Positions 32,759 to 42,310 of a stretch of DNA of 64,000 bases are shown here, in pieces. The stretch covers positions 124,001 to 188,000 of the forward strand of contig AP039699.1 in NCBI GenBank assembly GCA_051599415.1, written 5' to 3'. The notes beneath the pieces are model-generated. The model was not told the origin of the DNA, did not search any database, and worked only from the letters and a program-made list of their open reading frames with translations. A program made the translations under genes and the position numbers. The stretch's first letter is position 1, and every line of letters begins with the position of its first letter. This DNA comes from Savitreella phatthalungensis (Eukaryota).

Positions 32759-34156
32759 TCACGTGCTTTGCTCATTCGATGACGAATCGCCCGCTCCTGC
32801 GTTGCGACTTTTGTCCGTAACACTTCCACCGTGGCCATTGCCGGTTGGCTTGCAAGCGACGGGTATTCCAGCACCTGTGGCTTGAAGCTGATGCTTCTTG
32901 ACCCGGACGTCGTTACGGATCTGCACCTTGAAGCCCTGCCTGGCGAGCGCCTTTGTCAGCTCCGTGCTGCGCAGCATGCCTGGGAAGGTCTTTGCCGGAT
33001 AGACTGTGAAAGGATCAGTCATGCACTCCGACAAGACGTTTGCTCGTGCGCCTGGCGTCATCAAGTCGGACATCTCGAGCTTGAATAGGGAAAATCGCAA
33101 TCGGTATCGCCCCTCGGTCCGGACGCTCAAGTCCGGGAAGACAAAAAACGTACATTCGCGGTCATTGTCGTCCAACATCACGCTCGGACTCGCGACTAGC
33201 GAACCCATCAACACCCGCGTCAGCTTGTCGCCGCGTGCGGACGCTTGTGCAAAGACAGGCACTTCCGGCACCATATGCGCAGGTGGCAGCTGAATCTCTG
33301 TGTGCTCCTCTGCTGTGTCCATGGCATCATCAGACGCATTTGATGGCTGACCTGGTCCCGGCGGTTTCGGTTTTCTGGCGGCCGGTGTAGCCGGGCTGAC
33401 AAGTAGTGACCGTTCCTTCACTCCCGCCTCGTCCCACAGTGTCACATGAACGGTCAATAGAGCCTCTTTTGACACTCCCGGTAATTGAATGCCGTTGTTA
33501 TCGATCTGTACGACCTGCAGAATCGGCGGCGGATCCAATGGCCGTCTGTCCTTCTCGCCGAATCCGCACATTCTGGCATGTTGCGGCTGTTGCCGACAGA
33601 TGAGTCGAAATGACCCTTGGGTCGATGACGACCGGCTCGACGAGGCAGCTGACGAAGCGCTCTTGAGCGGAGTCGGTGGCGCATTCGAGTAGAATCCCGC
33701 TGCTTGCATCTGCGCATCTGTGGCCGAAGTAGCAACCTGAAGGTTGTGGCCGCTTTGCTTGCTATTCGCGTATCCCGCCGGGTATATCAGGCCAGCCGAC
33801 AGTGGTGGCTCTGACAGAGGAGGTGAGACCTGCGCAACTTGACTATCGTGTGATGAATTTCCCAGTCGAAGAGCTGTCGGCGCGCTGCCAAACCGCATAT
33901 CACCAGAACTAGCACCGCCTGATGAGGTGTACGAGCTCGACTGCTCTAGTGAGCGATCTCCTGCGCCAGAGATTTCCATCGGTCGACTCATAGGCGAATA
34001 ACGGAGTCGGTCTTTCTCACGTTCTCTGCGTTGGATTCTAGTGCTATCGATGGTGTCTGTCAAGCGAGCGATGCTCATCAAATCGCGGCGGGAGCCGCGC
34101 GAGTCGGTCGCTTGCATTGGGTCGTCGCCGTTGCGATTATGATACTCTTCTGTCAT
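32759..34156 (-). CDS. Velvet-domain transcription factor with C-terminal velvet domain (VelC-like); start uncertain
   Basis: FRLICRQQPQHARMCGFGEKDRRPLDPPPILQ, LMGSLVAS, FFVFPDLSVRTEGRYRLRFSL, FTVYPAKTFPGM..STELTKALARQG. Confidence 0.92.
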   Translation of the reverse strand: MTEEYHNRNGDDPMQATDSRGSRRDLMSIARLTDTIDSTRIQRREREKDRLRYSPMSRPMEISGAGDRSLEQSSSYTSSGGASSGDMRFGSAPTALRLGNSSHDSQVAQVSPPLSEPPLSAGLIYPAGYANSKQSGHNLQVATSATDAQMQAAGFYSNAPPTPLKSASSAASSSRSSSTQGSFRLICRQQPQHARMCGFGEKDRRPLDPPPILQVVQIDNNGIQLPGVSKEALLTVHVTLWDEAGVKERSLLVSPATPAARKPKPPGPGQPSNASDDAMDTAEEHTEIQLPPAHMVPEVPVFAQASARGDKLTRVLMGSLVASPSVMLDDNDRECTFFVFPDLSVRTEGRYRLRFSLFKLEMSDLMTPGARANVLSECMTDPFTVYPAKTFPGMLRSTELTKALARQGFKVQIRNDVRVKKHQLQATGAGIPVACKPTGNGHGGSVTDKSRNAGAGDSSSNEQST

Positions 34157-34479
34157 CTCCAGGTTGTCTTCGTCGCCTGTCAAAAGCTCATTCGTTACGC
34201 GCTATGGTCGTGGGTCTCGCGACGTCGCGGCGATGAGAGAGCCCAATTGTCAGGTGTCGCGCACTGCTCCTACACCAAAGCAGGTCGGGACAATGGTCGG
34301 AATGATGTCTATGACCCTTTCGATGCGTCCTGAATTTAGCCGCAAGTCACAACTTTGTCGAGGCTGAGCAGGGTCCAGTCGGTAAGAATGCCTGTAAGAC
34401 TAAGCTTCGGAGAAATTGCGAATGTCGCGCTAATGACCTCGTGTCGGTTGCGCGAGTATCCCTGGCCTTGTATTGACTA

Positions 34480-36329
34480 TTACGGTTTGGCTAATTGCGC
34501 GCTTCTGGTCCACACTGCCACTAGTGAAGAAGATCGGCGATAGAAGGTGTAATGTCCACGGCAGCAAGTCGAAACAAGGTTGCAGGGCTCAATGCCGATC
34601 GTTCCCTGTCTGTAGGACTTGAGTATTTGTCCGCGGATAATTACGTTGTACTGACCGGCCTGCCTGAAAAGCTCGTTTGTGCACAATCGTTAAGCGATAT
34701 TATCTCCCCGAGTAAGCACACGCCAACCTGCCTGTTCGAGAAAATAAAGCAGACAGGGGTGGTGCCCTTGAAACGAGTTTTTTTTATCGAACAATAGCTG
34801 CCTTGTAGGGTAGTCGGAGGACGGCGAAGACTTGTAACGAGAATCTATGTTGTCGCTCAGGGTCACTCGACACGTTGAATGGCGGACCATGCCAATACAT
34901 TACATTGTCCGAGACCCCTATCCGAACCGCTGGTCCCGCTACGATTTGTCTTCTACAGGAGGCGTTTCTGCGGAAGGCAGGCAGGAGACATGGCCTTCCC
35001 CACATAGGCCTCCATCTCGCCTTCCGCTGAGCTATGCTCATGACATACCTCTACAGACTGGGTTGGGTATTGATTGGACCTTGAGGTCCGAATGATTGGG
35101 ATGGCTCTGATGGGGTCAAGATGACGACGGGTAGTTGGCGATAGGTGCAGTTCATTTCGCTCTGATACCAATTGAATTTCGCCAGTTTTCTTTCTTCACT
35201 GTCGTTTCACTGGCGTAATCGAAATTTCAACTCAATATCAGCAGGGTCAAATAGCCAAACAGCGAGTCGGGTGGCGCTGGACTTGTAAACTATGAAAATG
35301 CGACCACGTCGACATTTGTGGCGTCATCTGCCGGAAATGTTCAAAGGTTCAGGGATCTGGTTCTCATTGTCTGACGAAATATGTGGGGATCTATAGCTCA
35401 ATACTGTAGAGATGGAATAATGCCTGTTGTCTTCAACCAGTTACAGATTGTCGAAGTCGTCAAACACTTTCCTCGTTATGCAACTCAGCAGAAGGCACTC
35501 GAGGAAAGCGCATTGAGTCACGGGAACTCTATGGCTCAATCAATTGATAATCCAATCGATTGACTTATTGAACATAACCCAATTATCAGAGTAGGCTGTT
35601 CCACCCACGTCTGGATTCAGAATGGAGGTTAGCAAGCGATCAGGAACAGCCATCATGCCAACTATCCCACCTGTGGAAGACACCTTTGTCAGACCAACGT
35701 CAGGTAAAATCTTGGTCAGTGGCTGCTCTCCCGTGGTCACGGCACGGTGCTGAAGACCACTCGCTGTGGATTGAATTGACACAAACCACGCCATGACAAG
35801 TTCTCCAAGGTTATTTTAACAGTGTGATAATTTCGAGAAGTATCGCTAGTGATTCATTTTCATGGGCTGTTGGCTCCTCCCTCTACCTCTTTTTCTGGGG
35901 GGCATAAACTTCAGCCAGGTCGGAGTATTAATTAGGCTCCATCCTGCTCTACAGGTCGTCTGCCAGAACAGACCATTCGCATGAACTTGTCATGAGAATG
36001 GTGTTGGCGCATATAGCCTGAAGTCCTTATGAGGGGCTCCCAATACAGGCGAGGATCGACGTTGCCGTCGTCACATCCGTTCGACAGACTTTTTATGTCC
36101 GGGCCAGATCCTTTCATTGCATACTCGAAGCTTTTCATGAAATACATTCTACAAGAGGTCAAACTCAGAAACCTCAATCCATGGTTAATTTATTTGATCT
36201 TATTGGTTTGGCCATCCGACACAGTGGTATAGATTCTAATTCGTCAACAAATCAGATCCTCAACTCAATGACTTTCGCATGGCTTGTGAACTCCTGCCAA
36301 AAAATTATGAAGGAGGAAAATAAGCGCAT
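34480..36329 (-). pseudogene. Probable decayed protein-coding relic of unknown family
   Basis: One frame from 35794 to 34784 has only five internal stops in about 337 codons. A further frame 34890-34480 has one internal stop. Signal-like MRLFSSFIIFW starts at ATG 36329. Confidence 0.4.
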
Positions 36330-36398
36330 GATTCAAGATCTTGGTCTCAGATCTGGTTATCTCAGCTTTCATATACAGTCTCTCATTTACACTGTAAG

Positions 36399-36935
36399 CT
36401 AAGCGTAAACATGTGTCGCAGCCTTGGTCGTCTGTCTGGGAAGCTGGTTATGTCTTGCTTGTAATGCGAACCCTACGTAAGCACATTTCGCATCCAGCCT
36501 GAACTCATTTACCGACTTTTCGGAACCACAGTGGCACAAGAAGGTTACGCGATCCCATACGAAGCTCATAACCGCTCGAACAGAGCGCTGGCGGCTGGAA
36601 CTTGTACCACTACAGACTCTCACTGTGCCGCGACCGATCGAGAACCGAACGCAGCGCTCCTGCTTCGAATGGGATCTTCCGTGGGCACGGCAGCCTTGCG
36701 TACAAATATACATAAGCATCCGAGATGTGACCAGAATTGTGCCTGAAGCCTTAGGGTCAGTTCGTGCGCATACTGCTTGGACAGTGACGACTATGGCGAA
36801 GATCACGTCAGGCTCGCGCTTTGCTGGCGATCGCCCATCGTGCCTCAGGCAAGAAAGATGTCCTGTGAATCCTGAAGCAATGTGAATGATATGATGTAAG
36901 ACATACGTAGTCAAGATTACAGTGTGGAAGTGCAA
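36399..36935 (-). pseudogene. Cys-rich secreted-like ORF (178 codons) lacking a 5' ATG
   Basis: TTG-started (L)HFHTVILTTYVLHHIIHIASG, a dibasic KR site, and 9 Cys including CHC. Confidence 0.4.
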
Positions 36936-38456
36936 ATGTACCCGAACATTATAGTGTCAAGGATCCGCTCGTGGAAGAGCTGCTTATCTCTAAAATTAAA
37001 CGCTCGTGCGCATCATAATAGAGGCCGGCACAAATCATCTATCTCGGAAGCCTTACCAAGTCTATAGCCGATCGATCGTGGGCTTTCCCCACAAAAACGC
37101 AAGCGGAAATTAATTCATTCTCGATCTCCTGCAGAGAAATTTGAGCATGATCCTCGAATCTGGAGGCGTGAAGTCCAAGCATGTGCTGAGCTTCAGCTCA
37201 CGAAACTTCGATTTGCTCGTGATTGTTCGGGGGAGGCCTCCCTCTGTAGCTACGGCCTGGGCCTCCTGCGAGTACACGATTTGTGTGGCCGAGCTCAAGT
37301 TGCCCACCCTGGTCGGTCCCAGATCTGTGGAGCACAGACGCAATAGCAGCCAGATCATCCCCGGGGCCACTAGGCGATGCCCTCGTGACCCCTGCTTACA
37401 GCGCTTCTCCATAATCGTATTTCGTCACCAAGATACCGGGCATCCTTCATCCTATGCTATTGGAGGACAACACAACAGCGGCGATCTCGATCAGCGCTTC
37501 CCCGTTCATTATCATATGAACGTGACTCACAAGGCCGTCCTGCGGGGATAAGCGAGTCTGGAAATGGGCACACCCGAACATGCAGATCTTGCTGCAAATC
37601 AAATGCATGCCTTGTTGACATGTGACTGCACATTGACAGAACAATCACGCGGCAACTAGCGACGAAATACGGATGCTGGACAACCTTGACACGATCGAAC
37701 AGTCGAGACAAAATTGATTGTCGAACCCCTTGATCTCTCGTCCGACACCTCGCATCAAGGGAGAACGCCAAGTGTCGCTGCAGGGTACGAGGCGGGGACA
37801 GTGTAAACATGTTCGCCACACGGCTGCTTCTACAATGTTGTGAGACACTTGAGATTCAACCTCCACGTAATGATAGGAATGTATGCCAAGAACCTATCAA
37901 AAGGCTCTATCTATCCGTCCGTTCAGGGCGGCTCATTCGAGCATGTGCTTGATTGGTTATGCGTCATCTATCTGACGTCTGTGGATGCTGAAGTCACAGA
38001 TCAGGATGATAATCAGCGCTAGGCGGATTAGGGTATGAGTGCTGCATTATATGAACTGTCAAGAAATGAAGAATCGGACGCGTTAGCCGACACTCTACTT
38101 CCCAAATTTTCATCCTTTCGTGTCTACCGACAGATATGAAACAAAAATGATCCGAAGACATTGTGAGCTTTCCTGCATCCTTGAATTTTGCACGGTCGAC
38201 GTCATTACTCCAGCTACAATTGTTCCTTTCAGTCACCAATACAAAGGTTGCCCCGCCTCACTAGGGGCTCATTTGGTCTTGTCTCATTCTATGGAGTTTA
38301 TCACATGGTACTTAGTCGCTTCCAGTGCATAGCTGGAGAACATGGTCATGGACAATTCGAGTTCTTCCAGAGATACAATTGCTACAAGACCACACGACCA
38401 GACCTGTGACAAAACTTAAGGGGGGCCCAAACGCAGCCGCTCCGAGACATCCCAAT

Positions 38457-39551
38457 TTATCCGAGATGATTTCGCTCAGCAGGGGTCAAAACGTGGTACC
38501 GAACGTCATTGGAGGACTCATTTGGGTCTTCCGATCCAGGCGGTGATGATTCCTGTTGTCGTTGTTGATTTGTGTCACGGAGAAGAGCTTCGTAGTCTGC
38601 AAGTCGCGTAGCGAGCGGTCGACGGGCGTGTTCTCTGACTAGACGAAAGACGCGCTCGCGCTCGTGGTCCGTGTTGCCGAATTGCAGATAAGCGGCGTCC
38701 TTCCTGTGCTTGCGTTTAAAATCGGCGAAGAATTGGCATTTCTTCTCGTGCTTGGCAACGAGTGAGAGGAATGCTGCGCGTGCAGACATCGACGGACCGG
38801 TGACCGCGTGGCTCCGTGACGCCGCCACAGTATCACGACACCATACATCAAATGCACCTTTCCTCTCCTTGATACTCGTCAGCGCAAGGTACCGCTCATC
38901 ATGCGCAATCTCTTCCACCTGCGGATCAAATGGACGTAGCGGGTCCACCTTAGCATCGTTCAGCAAGCCGCGAAAGATTTGTACCCGCTCCTGCTTTGTT
39001 CTGCCAGCGAAAGGGTCGGAATCTTCTTCGACTTGCATCTGATCCAGTTCTTGTAGCTGCCATTCTAATTCATCTGCTTCTTCGTCTGCCCCACTCGGTG
39101 CTTCATCATCGTCATTGTCGTCCTCGTCCTCGTACTCTGATACGGACGAGCTTACTCCGTCAACATCACTTGCGCTCGCCGTTGCCACTTCCCCGTTATC
39201 CTCCTCTTGCTGCTTGCCAGCATCACTGAGCTCAGGAGCAGTCCATCTCGACATCCCACTTGCCGTGTGATGATAGAATGCACGACCTAGCTCTGTATGC
39301 ACAACGAACCAGCCAGGAGCGTGGGCAAGTACAACTTTCCGCTTCGGCCTATCACCGTCAGGCAAGACGCTCTTGATACGCTTGCTCCGCGGCTCCAGAT
39401 CATCAACTTGTGTCACTTGATCCGATACAGACGCTGCTGCTGCCACCGGTCGCTTGTACGTCGATTTCTTCAAAGCAGCATTCCAGTAGTATGTGTGCCC
39501 CGACGGCGCCGTGTGTGCGGTCCATCCTGCCGGTAGTGTCTCTTCTGCCAT
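38457..39551 (-). CDS. WW- and FF-domain splicing-associated protein (Urn1/Dre4/TCERG1-like)
   Basis: LPAGWTAHTAPSGHTYYWN..STYKRP (WW); a second WW-like GW..FYHH..SRW; FF-like FRGLL..DERY..ERKGAFDVW. Confidence 0.88.
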   Translation of the reverse strand: MAEETLPAGWTAHTAPSGHTYYWNAALKKSTYKRPVAAAASVSDQVTQVDDLEPRSKRIKSVLPDGDRPKRKVVLAHAPGWFVVHTELGRAFYHHTASGMSRWTAPELSDAGKQQEEDNGEVATASASDVDGVSSSVSEYEDEDDNDDDEAPSGADEEADELEWQLQELDQMQVEEDSDPFAGRTKQERVQIFRGLLNDAKVDPLRPFDPQVEEIAHDERYLALTSIKERKGAFDVWCRDTVAASRSHAVTGPSMSARAAFLSLVAKHEKKCQFFADFKRKHRKDAAYLQFGNTDHERERVFRLVREHARRPLATRLADYEALLRDTNQQRQQESSPPGSEDPNESSNDVRYHVLTPAERNHLG

Positions 39552-39863
39552 GATACACGGCTTTCTTCAAATCGTCAACTCCACCTTCACATCGTTCGAG
39601 CGGCGTAGCCACGACATTGCTGGTCTGAGACGCCCTCAAGTCCCGCCTGGCAGATGAAAAGCATGCGCTGCATTTCCACAAGATCACAAGACAAAATTGA
39701 TCGATCGAGTTGATTCTGGCGCCAAATGTATCGATCAATCTCATAAAAAGATCTGTCTTTTGCCCAATCGAGAGATCAGATCTCATATGTACGAATCTCT
39801 TTGTACGACGTAAACGTGGGTACCGGCTGAAGTGATTGAGCTCACTGTCGTCGGGCAGGGTTC

Positions 39864-41465
39864 ATGGAAGGGACTGCGATGCCTCGAGCGATGACTGTGG
39901 CTGGCTCAGACAGTGGTGGCGGTGCTGGCATCCAGGCTGATCTGAAGGTGATGACTGCTCATTCGGTGTACGGCACAAGCGTGCTCACAGCGGTCACGTC
40001 CCAAAACACCATGGGTGTGGACGCTGTACAGATCCTGGACGCAGAGCTCGTCCGGAAACAGTTCAGAGCTGTCTACGAGGACATCGGTGCAGATGTCATC
40101 AAGACCGGCATGCTCGGTAACAGTGCCATCGTCCACACCGTCTCAGAGCTTCTGAAAGAGTATCGGATAGAGAAGACGGTGATAGACCCAGTCATGGTGG
40201 CGACCACCGGTGCTAGGCTTCTCGAGCACGATGCAATCAAGGCTTTCATCGACGAGTTACTTCCTTTAGCCTATGTGCTCACACCAAATATGGAAGAAGC
40301 TCGGCTGCTCGTTGCAGAGTCGCGCGGGAAGCAGGTCGACGACACGACAGCGGTTCGAACGCTGGACGAGATGGTCGAGCTTGCTGAGGCACTGCGACGG
40401 CTCGGGCCCACGTACGTGCTACTCAAAGGTGGTCACCTACCGCTAGATGCCAGTCACGGTGTCGCAGCGACGAAGGAATCCCGAGAGACGGTCTGCGATC
40501 TCCTCGTTGGCCCTGATAGGCTTCAGCACCGTATCTTCAGCAAGTGGTCCCCTTCACGGAATACACACGGCACAGGCTGTACGCTGGCATCGGCTATCGC
40601 ATGTCAGCTTGCGCTCGGGGCCGATGTGGTTGGGGGCGTCGACAAAGCTGTGGAGTATGTCCACGGGGCGATATCGACTGCTGGCGACCTGGGAAAAGGC
40701 AGCGGACCGTTGAATCACATGTATCGCCTTTCGGCACTACCTTGTGCGCCTGGAAAGTTCGTCGACTACCTGATTGCTCATCCAAAGGTGGCGCCTGCGT
40801 GGCACGCATACACGCACCATCCGTTCGTCGAGCAGCTTGCTGCAGGCACACTGCCCAGGAAGGCATTTGAACACTTTCTCAGACAGGATTACTTATACCT
40901 TGTCCAGTACAGCAGGCTCGTTGGTCTGGCGGCATACAAGGCTGAGCGGCTTGACGACATTGTCGGTAGTGCGCGTATCATCCTCCACATCCGGGAAGAG
41001 CTGAGCTTACATGTAGGCTACTGTAAAGAGTTCGGGATCAGTGAGGAGGAGCTAGCAGGTGGTGAAGAGTCTGTGGCGTGTACGGTCTACACGCGGTACA
41101 TCGAGTCGATTGGCAACACTCGGGATTGGATGTCACTGCAGGTGGCCCTTGCTGCATGCCTGATCGGTTATGGTGAAATCGGGAAGCGTCTGGTAGAGCA
41201 CCCATTGACTCGAAAAGAGTCACCTTACTACCGCTGGATCAGTAATTATGCTGAACAGGACTACACACAAGCGGTCGAGACTGGTAGAGCAATCATCGAG
41301 CAACACGCACCCAGACAATCACCACATCGACTTGAAGAATTTGTGGAAATCTTCCGTAAGGTGACAGAGTACGAAGGTCTGTTCTGGACATCTGCAATGG
41401 AAGCTGCCGCTGCTGCTGAGGCTGACCCTGCATCGCCGCCTGGAAAGTCGAGCCTCGTATCATGA
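39864..41465 (+). CDS. THI20: Hydroxymethylpyrimidine/HMP-P kinase fused to a TenA (thiaminase II) domain
   Basis: VAGSDSGGGAGIQADLK, KTGML, LTPN, KGGH, HGTGCTLASAI; TenA motifs HPF..FLRQDYLYL, CLIGYGEIG, YYRWI. A possible 16-nt upstream exon at 39787-39802 with intron 39803-39858. Confidence 0.95.
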   Translation: MEGTAMPRAMTVAGSDSGGGAGIQADLKVMTAHSVYGTSVLTAVTSQNTMGVDAVQILDAELVRKQFRAVYEDIGADVIKTGMLGNSAIVHTVSELLKEYRIEKTVIDPVMVATTGARLLEHDAIKAFIDELLPLAYVLTPNMEEARLLVAESRGKQVDDTTAVRTLDEMVELAEALRRLGPTYVLLKGGHLPLDASHGVAATKESRETVCDLLVGPDRLQHRIFSKWSPSRNTHGTGCTLASAIACQLALGADVVGGVDKAVEYVHGAISTAGDLGKGSGPLNHMYRLSALPCAPGKFVDYLIAHPKVAPAWHAYTHHPFVEQLAAGTLPRKAFEHFLRQDYLYLVQYSRLVGLAAYKAERLDDIVGSARIILHIREELSLHVGYCKEFGISEEELAGGEESVACTVYTRYIESIGNTRDWMSLQVALAACLIGYGEIGKRLVEHPLTRKESPYYRWISNYAEQDYTQAVETGRAIIEQHAPRQSPHRLEEFVEIFRKVTEYEGLFWTSAMEAAAAAEADPASPPGKSSLVS

Positions 41466-42310
41466 AGATAGACTACGGACATGCTTAGGGAGACGGCCAC
41501 TTTCCTTGAAGATCGAGAGATAGATGCATGAATTAAATAATTTAGGTTATAATTTCATAGACCCACACCTAGTTGCACATGCTAGCTGCACAGTGATATC
41601 ATTTTCAAATTGGGTGGAAAGTTGCCAAGACTTTTGTAAGTCTCATATCTCACTCAAGTCAGAACAACACCAATTGCTGAGATGCAGGAACTGGAATTTA
41701 TACCAAATCCTGTCTGTATTAATATAATTCAATCGAGCGCTATAATTGTGTCCCAGATCACTTAATTAAATCAACGTTACGTACGTTGAATAGACCATGT
41801 AGCCATGATCAGAGAATAATCAAATTTAATTCATATATATACAATATATATAATATATTCGAATCATTCACTCGATCTCTCCATCGTCCAGATAGTATTC
41901 TTATGCGGATGCAGTCTAAACAGAGGTGCGTCATAATCCATCCATCCGTACATCCATCCACTCATTCCCACAGACAGACGTGCTTCATCACACTTACGTG
42001 TTGGAATACAGTATTCAGTACGTGTATACTGCATATGTATAACACACACTGACGATATCACATCAGCAAGCCATACGTACATATATCAAGCCATACATAC
42101 ATCCCACGAGTTACTTCTACAGCTCAACCTGACTATTTCTGCTCAGTCCATTTCAATTCAGCCGGGTTGACACGCGGACTTGGTTGCAAACCTCCAACCA
42201 CACTCATAGCCCCTTCATTTTCCAGTTGGGTTCCTGCTCGGAGTCAGATTGAAAGACAAGACCACGTCGCAGCGGCTCATCACGAACTTCCTCTCGCTCG
42301 TGCATCTCAC

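Noticed and set aside
39552..39863. TPP riboswitch upstream of THI20
   Set aside because: A CTGAGA is present, but the other conserved aptamer elements and helices are not evident.
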